Shown: positions 1 to 12,456, counted from the first letter of the stretch. The stretch is DNA of 64,000 nucleotides from Negaprion brevirostris (GCA_030324005.1 JARDVH010000031.1:71062287-71126286), one strand, 5' to 3'. Notes: generated by a model from the sequence alone, not told the origin. A program made the numbers and translations.

Positions 1-476
1 AACTGCAGTCATGGATGTGGGTTGTTGCCCAACAAAAACTTCAAAGGGTTGTGAATGAAGCCCAGTCCATCATGGAAACCAGCCTCCCATCATTGACTCC
101 GTCTACACTTTCCCATGCCTTGGAAAAAGGGCCAGCCTATCAAGGACTACACACACCCCAGACATTCTCTCTTCTATCTTCTTCTGTCATGAAAAAGATA
201 CAAAAGTCTGAGGTTGCGTACCAACCAACTCAAGTACAGCTTCTTCCCTGCTGCCATCAGTCTTTTGAATGGACCTACCTTGCATTTTCTCTACACCCTA
301 GCTATGACTATAACACTATATTCTGCACCTCTCCTTTCCTCCTCCCCTATGTATCTATGTATAGCGCACAAGAAACAATACCTTTCACTGTATCCCAAAA
401 CATGATTTATTAACATCAAAATTTTATTAAAATTTTATTAAAATTTTGATCTTAATAAATCAAATCAAAATCAAAT
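1..476 (+). mobile_element. Rex1/Babar-type LINE, 3' end (decayed ORF2 C-terminus + 3' UTR)
   Basis: Frameshifted translation QKLQRVVNEAQSIMETSLPS...RTNQLKYSFFPAAISLLN matches the Rex1 C-terminus as I recall it; ends in AATAAA followed by a (TCAAA)n tail. Confidence 0.8.
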
Positions 477-840
477 TTTTGTCATTTACCATTTGTATGT
501 GGACGTGTCTTAAACTCTTGTGCCCCTTTGCAACACAGCCTGTAATGTCTGCTCAATCCCTTACACCCAATTACAAAGTATTGATAAATAAAACATCCAT
601 TGTGGAGTGAGAATTTGAAGTGGATTATTAATGTGATTACTTATATGTCAATTATACACAGAATTTTGGAAATTGAAAAAATGGTGTTGTCTTACATGCC
701 AGGTCATATTATTCTCTGTAATCTCTGGCATTCACCTGATGGGTTGTCTTTATTTTTAATTGTGTGGACGGGGCACTCCAATCATTAGAAGTTGATACCT
801 TCATTCACTCAGATTTTAACAGTTCCAACAAATACATTGC

Positions 841-1841
841 ACGTGGAATTTTCTCATTATTTGTCAGAGTGTTAAACTCTGACTGAAAACTGGCAGTATA
901 TCTCTCTGGATGCATTGATGAGTTTTCAGAACAGATCTTGAGTCACTCTCACAAAAATAAATCTGGGGGCATGGGTTAGGCCATTAGTCTGGCAGGGCGG
1001 GGCCTGTTAGAGCCGACAAGGCTGGCTGACAGAGGCCATCTTTAAAGGGTGCTCCAATCAGCATTGGGTGAACTGCCCAACCCCCCCAATTCCTCCTCCT
1101 GCACCATCACCACGTTATCAGGGACTTCCTCTCTTGCGCAGTCATTACGGGCTTGCCCCATCGCCTCTCTGGAACAATCACCATAACAGTGCTGCTGGCA
1201 TTCCCCTGTTCACTGCTGTCTTCGGGCGGGGGGGGGGGGGGGGGGGGGGGGGGGGNNNNNNNNNNNNNNNNNNNNNNNNNNNNNNNNNNNNNNNNNNNNN
1301 NNNNNNNNNNNNNNNNNNNNNNNNNNNNNNNNNNNNNNNNNNNNNNNNNNNNNNNCCCCCCGCCCCCAATGTCAGATTTTCCCCCCTTCATGGCCAGGTT
1401 ACCCACACGTCCCCTCACTGCCAGCTCTCCCTCGTTACTGCCAAGTCACAACTTCAAAGGCCTCAGTGTCCTCCCAATACACCACACACAACAGGAACCC
1501 CGACCTCCTCCCTTGGCACTGTCCGGGCATGACCCTCTCCCACCCTCAGCGACTATATTGACTTTGGCGTCCTGGTAGGATCTCCTTGACTGTTTCCCAT
1601 CTGTATAAAGCTGTTGTGTATCTCACATAATTCAGTGAGGGGTTCAAGTGGCATGTAGTCTCTTTAATAAAATGTAAATTCATTAAAATGTATTTAACTG
1701 AAGCGCTGGAACCTCGCTGCATCACTGACGATGGGCAGGGAAAATTGGGAAATGTGATCTCGCCGGTGAGAATCTCGTTTTCTGACTCTGGTGAGTTTTG
1801 CTCACTTCTGTTCATGGAAACCTTCGACGCAAATTTGCCCC
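841..1841. mobile_element. Non-autonomous DNA transposon (Harbinger-like), degenerate
   Basis: Imperfect inverted ends (gtggaattttctc ... gcaaatttgccc) of the same type as the MITEs elsewhere in the window; GC-rich interior; G-run/C-run around a gap. Confidence 0.5.
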
Positions 1842-1849
1842 TTTAGTTT

Positions 1850-3075
1850 ACTTGTTCGTGGGATGTGGAAGTACCTGGCATGCCTTTATTGCCCATGCCT
1901 AATTGGCCTTGAGAAGGCGGTGATGACCTGTCTTCTTGAATCACTGCAGTGTGTGTAATGCAAGTAATCTCACAGTGCCAATAGGCACTGACTCCCAGGA
2001 TTTTCATGCAGTGGCAATGAAGGGGCAGTGATCCAGTTCTAAGTTAGGATGATGTGTTACTTAGAAGTGAACTTGCAGGTGGTGGTATTCCCATGTGCCT
2101 TTGTTCTGGTGTTCAGGAGGTGGTGTAGAAGGACTTTTGGTAGGTTGCTTCATTGCTCTAGTGGCTATGGTCATTGCTGACGGAGAGACTGAATGCTTAA
2201 TGTGATGAATGGGGTGTCCAACAATTGGCTGCTTTGATGATGTCAATCTTCTTGAGTTTTGAAGCTGCACTCATCGAGGAACATGAGGAGCGTTCTATCA
2301 CAGTCCTGAGTTGTGCTTTGTAATTGGTGGGTAGACTTTGGGTAGTCAGGTGGTATGATATTTGTCACAGAATATCCAGCCTTTGGCCTGCTTTTGCAGC
2401 CACAGTATTAATGTGGTTGGTTCAGTTAAACTTTTGGTTAAGGGCAACCTCCAGGAAGTTGATGATAAGGGATTTTGCAATGGTAATGTCACTGAATGTC
2501 AAAAGGAGGTGGATATCTCCTCTCTTGTTGGAGAAAGCCATTGTTTGGTATGAATGTTACTTGCCAGTTATCAGCCCAAGCCTGAATACTGTCCAGATTT
2601 TGGGCTTCATGATTTGAGGAGCTGGGAATGGAACTAAAGGCCACAATGATCAGCAAACATCTTAGTTCTGATTTTAAGTACATTGATGAAGCAATTAAAA
2701 TGGGTTGAGCCTGAGGTAACTGCTCTGAAGAATTCCTGCAGTAATATCCAGGGACTGAGATGATTGGCCTCCAACAACTCAACTTTCTTGCTTTGTCCCA
2801 GAAATGACTAGCAAAATTTCCTTTTGGTTTCCATTGACTTCAGTTTTACTGGGGCTCTGGATAGCATAAGTTGTGGTGAACTTTCCAGCCACGCACACCC
2901 CAAGACTGGAAATCCCTGTTTAAGGTCAATGGATCTTCAAATGGTCTGCTAAATTTTCCGTCCTGCCTGCTAAAATTCCCGTGGTGGGCGGGATGAGAAA
3001 ATTCCGTCAATACTGCCTTGATGTCAAAGGCAGTCACTCTCACCTCATCTCTGAGATTCAGGTTTTTGGTCCACT
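1850..3075 (-). mobile_element. CR1/L2-group LINE, 3' portion with RT remnant
   Basis: Minus-strand QNLDSIQAWADNWQVTF (RT C-terminal motif); 3' tail ttgttcgtgggatgtgg...tttattgcccat...cttgagaagg recurs many times in the window. Confidence 0.8.
2875..3008. mobile_element. MITE (Harbinger-like) nested in LINE
   Basis: Ends ggtgaactttcc ... gagaaaattccgtc; internal aggtcaatgga motif shared with the MITEs at 18861, 29897 and 40083. Confidence 0.65.
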
Positions 3076-4679
3076 CACTCCAATGAGTGAGAATAAAACA
3101 AAATAAATCATAGATGAATGCATATTGCTGCTTTTGCATAATGGGGAACTTATCAAAAGACCTCTTCATGGGGTAAAGAGGAAAGGCGACAGAGTGAAAT
3201 ACGGAATTCACAAAGTCACTTTCTTTGCAATCATTCTTAAGTTGCTCTCTAAGTTTTGAGTTCATTAACGTATGTATGGTGCGGTGACCAATTCCATGTT
3301 CCATTCATACCATTAAAGGTGATGGTCTGCTGATCACAAGGTCCTTCGCTGTGGTGAAGTCTCATTTTTAACATCGTTCCAGCAGATTATCACTGTCATA
3401 TCGCTCAAAAAGGAAATGACAACCTCACCACCGAGAAAATACATTGGCTCCATGACAGTGAGGGGATTATAAAAGGACTTTGTTCTTTCAATTGTGATGT
3501 GCCTTTGATCCCCAAATGCCACAGAGGCTAGTATCATCACGCCCCTGTTACTGGGTAGCTGCTTCCCATTCTATTCGCAGGAGTGCTTGCTTTCCTTTAT
3601 TTCCCTCTTTCAGTTTAAATAGCAAGTGCTATAAAACTGGGAAGAGTCGATCCTCAGCCTTTGTGAGTGGCCCATCTGCCACTGTACTTTATTGACTGTT
3701 AAAATTTACTCTTAAATTCATCATCGCACCCGAGGGATATGGAAATATTTTTGCACAAGAAAACCAGGAAACTGTCAAAACACAAAATATTGGAGCCGTG
3801 AAAATGCTTTACAAGACATTTTCAATAGATTGTCAAAAACATGTAATAGGATTTTTAAACCAGAATTTCTTACAGTCGATTAGTTAATTTTACAGGACTC
3901 CATTTTATATCCACCATCAACTGCAATATTAAAATTAGTGAATAAAATATACATCTACATGCTACTGATATTGTTTGAGAGTTCATGGAACTTTATTTTT
4001 ATTATTCATTGTTGATTTACTTCCCGCAGATTTAGTGTTTGTCCCTCAGCATCCCACTTTTCCCAAGGGAGCAGGCTCCCAGGTCACAACTGATGTTGCT
4101 GTGAAATCATCCAATAAAATGTGTGCAAGGACAGCCTGATTTAATCCTCCCTGCAGTTTTCCTTCCCTGTGGGAAGGTGGCTGGCCTTTGCTGGTCCCTC
4201 CCTTGACGATCCAACTGAGCTCAGGAACTCATCATGCGTGGAATTGCAGGCGTTAGTCTGAATTGTACTATTTAATGGTCGTGTGTTGGAGCTTTGATAC
4301 ATTGTCGTATCATGCCCACCGTTAATAAAAAAGAAATGTTTAGTTTCATTACATTCTCCTCCTAAATCATGGTACTTCCCGATTCCCTCATCCTGAACCA
4401 CGTTAATTTGGTAGGAAGGCTCCGAGAACAATGCCCGTTTTACTCTAAAAATAGCGTGTAACTGTGGTGTTCAAATTCTCCCTTCTCTCACAGTGTATCA
4501 CTCCCTCTGTCACTTCTTCCTTCACATGCCAACCTGCTTTGTTGAAATCATGTGTGCACTGAAGTCAGTGGTGGCTGGGGGTGAAATGTGATGGGGAAAG
4601 AACCTTAATTTCAATACCTTTGCATTGTATTTAGGCCCTCATTCACCGCAGATAGAAGGTGCTCACAACAACTATGAAG

Positions 4680-5023
4680 GGAGAGAGTGGTCTTTTGCTT
4701 ACGTCACTGGACTAGTAATCCAGAAGCTAATGCTCTAGCCATGCAGGTTACATTCTATTATGGCATCAAATTCAACTAATTAAAGAGAAAGCTGGAATTT
4801 GAAGCTAGTTTCAGTAATGTTGACCACAGAACTGCCATCAATTGTTATAAAAGCCCATTTGTTTAATTCATGGTCCCTTAGGAAGGAAATCTGCTGTTCT
4901 TACCTGGTCAGGCCTACCCGTGCCTCCAACCCCACAGCAATATGGCTAACTCTTCTCTGCTCATCTCAAGGGCAACAACTGCTGGCCAGCAATGCCCACA
5001 TCCCATGAAAAGACTTTAAAAAA
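4680..5023 (+). mobile_element. tRNA-derived SINE (SlmI/MetaSINE-like), CR1/L2-type tail
   Basis: Core ggaaggaaatctgctgttcttacctggtc...cccacagcaa; tail gctggccagcaatgcccacatcccatgaa plus A-run. Related copies at 9255, 12214, 37174 and 54123. Confidence 0.7.
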
Positions 5024-5484
5024 CTACCACTATTTCAGTCACGAGGTACTTAACAGCTTAGATGATATCAATGTTTGTCTCTGATTAGATGCATTTAGAG
5101 TGTGTTCTGGTTATACAGAAGCCTGTGGCTGATAGTTTCCAGGATAGCAGGTGACTCAAGCCCCAGTAGTATAATTAGCACCTATTCAATATTTGATTTT
5201 GTGCAATAGATGGATAAACAAATGCTTGTCTATCTCCATGTGCAAGCTTTTACATTTCCCATTTCAACTGGTGTAGAATTGATTAATATTCAATATGTAC
5301 TTCAGTGACAACACAATATGTAACTTGGCACAAAAATACTTTGATATTTTTCTTTGGCCATCAGGTTCACACAGCTGACAAGCATATCATTACTAACTAG
5401 TCAAACTGTTTTAGTCCAGTGGCAAGACAGATATAATATCGTGGGGTCTTCTTAGTTATTTCTGATCATACCAAAGCTATTATG

Positions 5485-6205
5485 TGTCAGCTTTGGCTCA
5501 GTGATAAAACTCTTGTCTCTAAATCAAAAGGTTGGCTCAATTCTCACTCCAGATATCTGAAAATTAAAGCTGACACTTCAGGGCTATACTGAAAAGCGCC
5601 ACATTGCCAGAGGTGCCAGCCTTCACAGATGAAAGGCAAAACTGAGGCCCTGCCTTTTTTTATTATTCATTCATGGGTATTGCTGGCTGGCCACCATTTA
5701 TTGCCCATCCCTAGTTGCCCTTGATGAGCTGCCTTTTTGAAATGCTGCAGTCCATGTGCCGTGGGTTGACCTACAATGCTGTTAAGGAGGGAATTCCAGC
5801 ATTTTGATGCAGTGACTGTGAAGAAACGGCTATATATTTCCAAGTCAGGATAGTGAGGGGCTTGGAGGAGAACCTGAAGGTGATGGTGTTCCCATGTATC
5901 TGTTGCCCTTGTCCTTCTAGATGGAAGTGGTCGTGGATTTCGAAGGCACTGTCTAAGGATTTTAAGTGGGTGTAAAATATTCCATTGTGTAATTTTGCAG
6001 AAGAGAAGGGAGCTTTCCCCTGCATCCTAGCAAATATTTATTCCTCAAGAAACATCACAGACTATGACTGTGGTTTGTGGGGTCCTACTGAGCACAAATT
6101 TGTAGCAGCGCTTCCAACATGACAGCAGTGAAAAATATTCTTTGTTCAAACCTTTTTAACTGACTGTACAGAGATTGAGAAAGGAGCTACATAAATGAAA
6201 TGCCT
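5485..6205 (+). mobile_element. DeuSINE (SacSINE1-like), interrupted by a LINE tail
   Basis: tRNA-like head gtcagctttggctcagtg; body aggtgcc...cagatga...aactgaggccc; Deu-domain-like gaagagaaggg...aatatttattcctc...tgtggg...gcacaaatt; tail gctacataaatg. Confidence 0.7.
5656..5965 (-). mobile_element. CR1/L2-group LINE 3' end nested in the DeuSINE
   Basis: T-run followed by attcattcatggg...catttattgcccatccctagttgccctt, homologous to 1850-2150. Confidence 0.8.
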
Positions 6206-7910
6206 TGCTGTTCTGGCCACACAGTACATAATCAAAGAACAGAGTGTGGCTCATTTTGTTCACTCTTCTGATACTTGACCTTCCAAGCAAAAGCAACTTT
6301 AAAGGTCTGAAAGGGTCGTTCAAGATTCTAAGTTAAACACGAAACTAGCAAACAGGTCAACAAGAGGCAACAGAAAGGAAGATTTAGACAAAGCTGCTTG
6401 TAAATAGTCTGTATGATACTCGTTAACATTTATTAATTTTATTGAGCAATTCAATGCCAAGCCACGTTTCTATGAATATGTTTAAATGGTAAGTAATGCA
6501 ATTTTTAAAAGCCAGGGCCCTGCATTAGTATCCACTACAAAGTCAAATGTTGTAATCAAAAAATCTTCTGTTCATTTTCAAGATAAAATCTTTGTTCTTA
6601 TGTAGCTGAACCATGGCCCTCTGAGCTCCACTTTTCTGCCTTACATCTGAGCAGTGGACATTGACCATGCAACAAAAGCTCACTTATGAAAAGTTTCTTT
6701 ATACATACAGTAATAAATAGGAGAGAAGTACCCTCCCCATTCTACACTCATATAAAGCATTCCTTGAGTCTTTCGATTAAATCCCACTCTGGCGGGGTGA
6801 CTCACGTCGTATGACATTCCAGAAAGAGAGCAATTATGCCATTGCTGAAAATTGATGTAATGGGTGCTTTTCAAGATACTTTAATAGACGTGAATGGTGT
6901 TTTGGCAGACAATTGGAAATAGCAGCAGAAATCTAATTGCATTACTGTCTACCATCTGAGGCATTATGAGGAGGGGATTGTTGTGGGATACGTACATATC
7001 CTTTTAATGTTGAACTTTAACTCTGGATCGGGAAGGAAGTCATTTGAATTATGTTGTTTAGTTTACCTACTTATAATTTTCTCTTTCAAGTAAGCTGCTT
7101 AGTTCAATTCCTTAAAGGGCCAGCTTCGTTAAAAAGCATTTTCAGATCAGCACCTCATTGCTTTATAAAAAAAGATTTAAGTTACACATTAATTGCACTT
7201 GTCAACAACATAGAAGGGGAGAATTACTCTAGCTGCTGAGGATAGCAAAGTTGTAAACACATTCCTTTTGAATGGGTTTACACTTCCATTACACTTGATG
7301 ACCAGAATATTTCTTTCTTTACTCTGCTAAAAACATGATTTTTTTTCCTCACAAGGACAGTGCTGTTATCTCTACCAATCACAATTTTCATTCCTTCACT
7401 CCTCATTCCTTTTCACAGTATTTAGTCCTTAACTTTCACTTTCAACTATTAACTCCACTTGAATATATATCTACCTTACCTTTATATGGCTGCCTAAACC
7501 CTTTTGTTACTTTCTCCTGAGATTCTGCTTGCAAAGAAATATCTGCACTCCATAGTAAGGACTTCTTCCCTTTCCAATGCTGGAACACACAGTTCCCTTT
7601 CCCACCCACCATAAGCTCTGCACCACCCTTCGTACCCATCCCCCCACTCAAAGTGGCAAAACACTCTGTTTCACATGTGCACACTTTGACAGAAGCAAAA
7701 CATTTCGGTGTTGAAAGATCTCCTGTCAATACTATTGGGGAGAATNNNNNNNNNNNNNNNNNNNNNNNNNNNNNNNNNNNNNNNNNNNNNNNNNNNNNNN
7801 NNNNNNNNNNNNNNNNNNNNNNNNNNNNNNNNNNNNNNNNNNNNNATACTATTGGGGAGAATAACAAATTGCCTTTTTGCTTACACTCCTTGTACACATA
7901 GAAAAAGTCT

Positions 7911-7975
7911 CAGGGCATCTATGATGTAGAGATGCCGGTGTTGGACTGGGGTAAAGTTGTGAGACTCCTTACTGT
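7911..7975. mobile_element. Penelope-like terminal fragment (fold-back junction)
   Basis: gatgtagagatgccggtgttggactggggtaaa joined to gttgtgagactccttactgtg, the latter matching 24532-24553. Confidence 0.55.
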
Positions 7976-8378
7976 GTTCATGGCATCTAACCAAGCAGTG
8001 AACACTAGGGTAGGAGGGAAAATGGAATCGAATGCTTTGGAAATAGCAAAAACATTATTGAAGAGAGAAGGTTAGTAGACAGCCTTTGACAGGAGGTAGA
8101 CAATGACTATCATAGCTGAAGGTGGGTTTATTGGTACTGAGCATGCATTGGGTATTGGAGTAGAAAATTGGCAATCCAAGTAAGGGATGGTGGAGGAACA
8201 AAACATGGAGTAACTCAAGGCAGTTTTAGAGGAGTAGGAAATGGAGAGATTTGAAGTGGAGGACAAGGATCTTAGAATGAATTCACTGTGTCACAGAGAG
8301 ACTGTTTAGGAGAAGAGTGTTAGATATGTTGATAAGACCATGTTCTGGATGAACTGCAGTTGGTGGAAGCTGGCAGAA

Positions 8379-8496
8379 GTGGGGAAAACACAGTAAGAAA
8401 TCTCACAACACCGGGTTAAAGTCCAACAGGTTTATTTGGCAGTAAACACCACTAGCTTTTGGAGTTTGTCCCTTTGTCAGGTGAGTGGGAGTTCTC
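8379..8496 (-). mobile_element. Penelope-like terminal repeat (family B) with decayed hammerhead motif
   Basis: Minus strand reads cac-CTGACAA-agggacaaactcc-AAAA-gcta-gtg, i.e. a CUGANGA...GAAA core with CpG-type decay; homologous to 24477 and 39163. Confidence 0.7.
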
Positions 8497-8611
8497 CTCA
8501 TCATGACTACCATCGACACCAGAAGTGGGAAAGCCCAGAAAAGATTTCAGGTGAAATCCAGCTTCGAGTTAGGGCCTAAAAATATGGATTAGAGTTTTGA
8601 TACTATTACAC

Positions 8612-8936
8612 GACATGGTGGCACAGTTAGCACTGATGCCTCACAGCTCCATGGACCTGGGTTCAATTCCTGGCTTGGGTCACTGTGTGGAATTTGCACT
8701 TTCTCCCCCTGTCTGCGTGGATTTCTTCTGGGTGCTCCAGTTTCCTCCCACACACCAAAGGTATGTGGGTTAGTTTGATTGGCCATGCTAAATTGCCCCT
8801 TGGTGTCCTGGGATGGGTAGATTAGAGGGATTAGCGGGGAAATGTGAGGGGTCGCGGGGATAGGGTTTGGTTGGGATTATTGTCAGTGCGGACTCAATTG
8901 GCCAATGGCCTCCTTCTGCACTATAGAGATTCTATA
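8612..8936 (+). mobile_element. HE1-type V-SINE, full length, CR1-type tail
   Basis: A box tggcacagttag, B box ggttcaattcc; V-domain tgcgtggatttc...ggtgctccagtttcctcccaca; tail aatggcctccttctgcactatagagattctat. Confidence 0.85.
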
Positions 8937-9254
8937 ACAAGGCAAGTGGAATAGAGGCAAAAGATATTTCAGAAATGAAAGCAAGCAATTTGAGAAACAC
9001 ATCACAGACCAAAAAATGATTTAAGTTGCATATTAATTACACTTGTCAGCAACATAGAAGGGGAGAATTACTCTAGTTGCTTTGGATGCAGAAATTGACT
9101 GAAGGCAAAGAGTGCAGAAAGATTATAGGATTTCAAAATGAGACTTTTCTGTTTTTTTAAAAAATTTGTTCATGGGGACTGGTCATTGCTGGCTAGGCCA
9201 CCATTAATTGCCCACCCTGAATTGTCTATGAGGAGGTGGCGGAGTGCTGTCATC

Positions 9255-9853
9255 TTTTTCCCGTTCATTTGTGGAACATGGGCATCACTGGCTGACCAGC
9301 ATTTATTGCCTACCCCTAGTGGGGTGGCACGGTAGCACTGCTGCTTCACAGGAGTCTGGTTCGATTCCCGGCTTGGGTCCCGTGTCTGTGTGGGTTTTGT
9401 CCAGGTGCTCCAGTTTCCTCCCACATTCTGAAAGACATACTGGTTAGGTGAATTGAACCAAACAGGTGCTGGACTGTGGTGATTAGGGGAATTTCGCAGT
9501 AACTTCATTGCAGTGTTAACGTAAGCCTTACTTGTGACTAATAAATAAATTTTAATTGCCCTTGGAGGGTAGTTGAGAGTCAATCACATTGGTGTCCCAT
9601 GTGCATTGGAGTCATATGTAGACCAGACCAGGAAAAGATAGCAGATTCCCTTAACTAAGTGAACCAGGTGGGGATTTCCCTGACTATCAATAATAGTCTC
9701 ATGGTCATCAGTAGATTCCTAATTCCAGATACTTCTTTATTGAATTCAAATTCCACCATCTGTCATGGCGGGATTCAAACCAGGGTCCCCAGAACATGAG
9801 CTGAGTTTCTGAATGAATAATGTGAATGAATGCCACTAGGTCATTGCCTCCCC
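9255..9853 (-). mobile_element. SlmI/MetaSINE-like SINE split by a V-SINE
   Basis: Collinear with the intact copy at 37174-37524; breaks at 9320 and resumes at 9553. Confidence 0.8.
9321..9552 (+). mobile_element. V-SINE, alternative-tail subfamily
   Basis: tRNA head with ggttcgattcc, V-domain, tail gcagtaacttcattgcagtgttaacgtaagccttacttgtgactaataaa. Confidence 0.8.
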
Positions 9854-10927
9854 TGAATTGCTGCAGTTCATGTGTTATGGGGACACCCACAATGCTGTCA
9901 GGGAGGCAGTTGAGGATTTTGACCCACGACAGCGAAGGAATTATTAGCAGAAGGAATCACACTCCCATTGTGTAATGGCAACTTTGATTTCCTTTTGTTT
10001 CCCTCCTTCATTACGGTATTGTCCTTTTTATGTTGCTTTCTTACATTGCCCTCTTCTTAAAGTTTACACCGTTGCATCTGTTCTTTGCTTGCACCTCGAG
10101 TGGCAGTCATCTTACTTGCTGAACCTTTCAACTCGGAGCCCTTTAATTCCTTTTCTTATCTCCACCTTCTGTCACAATGTCCATCCCTGTCTTTCACCGT
10201 AGATAAACACATTGGCCTCTGTGGAACTGTGAGAAAGCTGTAGGTGATCAAACCTGACACTCATATGTTTCCACACTTCACAGCTCAGGCACTCACTTTA
10301 TATCCTAAGGTAAATAATTCCCTCTGTCTTGGCCTGGCACACAGATTAAGCTTTCCACTTGGCTGAGCCCAAGGTGGGCTTGTTCAGAGCCAGATTGTTT
10401 CAGTTAACATGAGCAATGAACCCACTGTTCTACCTGAATATCTTGGACAATAGCCAGGAGAATTTCCAGACATTTCACTCAGAGACGCAGCCCATAAAAC
10501 TGTCAGTGAAGTTGTATTGCGTTTCACCTTTACCATGTCTCTAACAGTCTGTTAATTTATAAAGGAAATAAACATAAGGGCTAACGGGTTAAGCATTTGT
10601 TTTTGAATCTGAAAGGACAAAAACAGCTGAGAAAAATGAAAGGATCTGGGATGAGATTGGAACTGGATTTTGAAAAAAAATCTGTGATTAATTTATTTTG
10701 AGTCATAGTTAATAATTGGAAGAAAAATTGATAACTGTTTGAAGCCAGGAATAACTTAATTTATCTGCTGATGCACTGACCTAAAGGATTTCTGATTGTC
10801 TTAAATAAAAGTGATTTGGGAATCAGGAATTTTTATCCCCTCTTAGGATGCTGATGGAGATATCTTAACAGAAAATAAATGGAACTGACAATGAAGGTTA
10901 TAATTTCTATTTTATTCTGGCAAGTTA

Positions 10928-11200
10928 CATAGTCCAAAGCTGTGCAGGTTAGGTAGATTGGCCATGTTAAATTGAGCCTTACTGGCAGGGGGATGAACAG
11001 GGTAAATATATGGAGTTACGGTGATAGGACTTGTGTGGGACTGTTGTTGATGCAGACTTGATGGGCTGAATGGCCTCCTTCTGTACTGGTGAGATTCTAC
11101 GATTCTATGATTTTATGAGCATCGGCATGGGCCTGATTTTATGAGCATCGATAGGCCAAGTGGCCTACTTGTGTGCTACCATGACTCTACGATTCTATAT
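10928..11200 (+). mobile_element. HE1 V-SINE 3' half plus a second CR1-type tail
   Basis: gttaggtagattggccatg...gatgggctgaatggcctccttctgtactg...(gattctat)n. Confidence 0.75.
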
Positions 11201-11701
11201 AATCTCTTTTCAACATAAGTTGAAAAGGATGTACTAGGGCAGTGTATGCTTTTCCTGAGAGTGAGGGGCTAATCAGACATCAATAGTGTTAATATTTTTC
11301 TCTTCCGAAAATGTCTTCATGCAAATTGGCCAAAGGTTGAGATGTTTTTCTTTCCATCTCCATTTCACTCCCTCTTTTCCATTGTCAACATGTTCTGTGT
11401 GATGGACTTTTTTGAAATGCGGGATATATCAGCAGGAAACAATGTAGCAGTTTTATGGCTATACCAGTGAATGCTATCCTAATTTCTATTCTGGGGTGCT
11501 ATGGGTTTTAGACAAACATTTGGCATCCAATCTACTATTGCTTGGAGCTCAGTGGTTGGTGTTGCATTGTGGTGGTAAGAACAGGATATTTGTCACAAAT
11601 CCAACCATTTAAATTGCTGCAGGAGACTTTTAAAGGGATGGGAGTCTTTGGTAACCACTCGCTTGAAGTAATTGTCAAGGCAGAACATTCCATTCATAGA
11701 A

Positions 11702-11967
11702 ACAACATTGCAATGAAGTTACTGTGAAAACCCCTGAGTCGCCACATTCTGACACCTGTCCAGGTACACTGAGGGAGAATTTAGTATGGCCAATGAACCT
11801 AACCAGTATGTTTTTCAGATTGTGGGAGGAAACCAGAGCACCTGGAGGAACCCCATGCAGACACGAGAATGTGCAGACTCTGCACAGACAGTGACCCAAT
11901 CTGGATATCAAACTCGGGTCCCTGGTGCTGTGAGGCAGCAGTGCTAACCACAGCGCCACCGTGCCAC
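11702..11967 (-). mobile_element. V-SINE, alternative-tail subfamily
   Basis: caatgaagttactgtgaaa...gggaggaaaccagagcacc...tgaggcagcagtgctaaccac...gccaccgtgcc. Confidence 0.85.
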
Positions 11968-12213
11968 ACTGTGCTCCAAGAATGGAAGAAAGAAGAATTT
12001 CCTCCCTTTTTGCTTATCTCCCAACTGGTCAACAGCTCTGAGTGCCTTGGATATGATTACACAAAAGCTAAATACTTTCTTGTCTGCCAGAATAGTCTAA
12101 AGCCAACTAATAATGAAGACATACTGAAGAATCATTATGTAAAAAAAATGCAAACTACGAAGTATTTCCTTGCACTCCATTGACTACTACCTCATGCAGC
12201 ATTGATAAGAAAT

Positions 12214-12456
12214 GGGAGCATAGTGAGTATATTACTGGGTAATCCAGAGGCCTGAACTAATGAACTGGAGACATGTGTTCAAATCCCACCACCACAGCTC
12301 AGAAATTTAAATTCAGTTGATAATTAAATTTGGAGTAAAAAATCTACTATTAGCAATGGCGATTAAATTACAGGCTTGTTGTGAAACTCATTAGATCTCT
12401 AAAAGCTTTGAGTACAGGGAATTTGTGCATCTTGCTTGTTCCAGCCTATGTGTGAG
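12214..12456 (+). mobile_element. SlmI/MetaSINE-like SINE, old and 3'-truncated
   Basis: taatccagagg...gttcaaatcccaccac...aatttaaattcagtt, as in the copies at 4680 and 54123. Confidence 0.6.

Larger units (their letters stand above)
9152..9942 (-). mobile_element. CR1/L2 LINE 3' end (9152-9253 + 9854-9942), outer layer of a triple nest
   Basis: Tail sequence breaks at about 9253 and resumes at 9854 (tgaattgctgcagttcatgtg), collinear with 5656-5830. Confidence 0.7.

Noticed and set aside
418-450. (aaaattttatt)x3 microduplication
   Set aside because: Simple slippage in a Rex1 tail; no functional evidence.
1225-1367. G-run / C-run as a G-quadruplex or poly-Gly/Pro coding region
   Set aside because: Homopolymers at a gap edge inside a repeat; their length is unreliable.
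7729-7862. 17-bp direct repeat atactattggggagaat flanking a 100-N gap
   Set aside because: Typical unmerged contig overlap, an assembly artefact.
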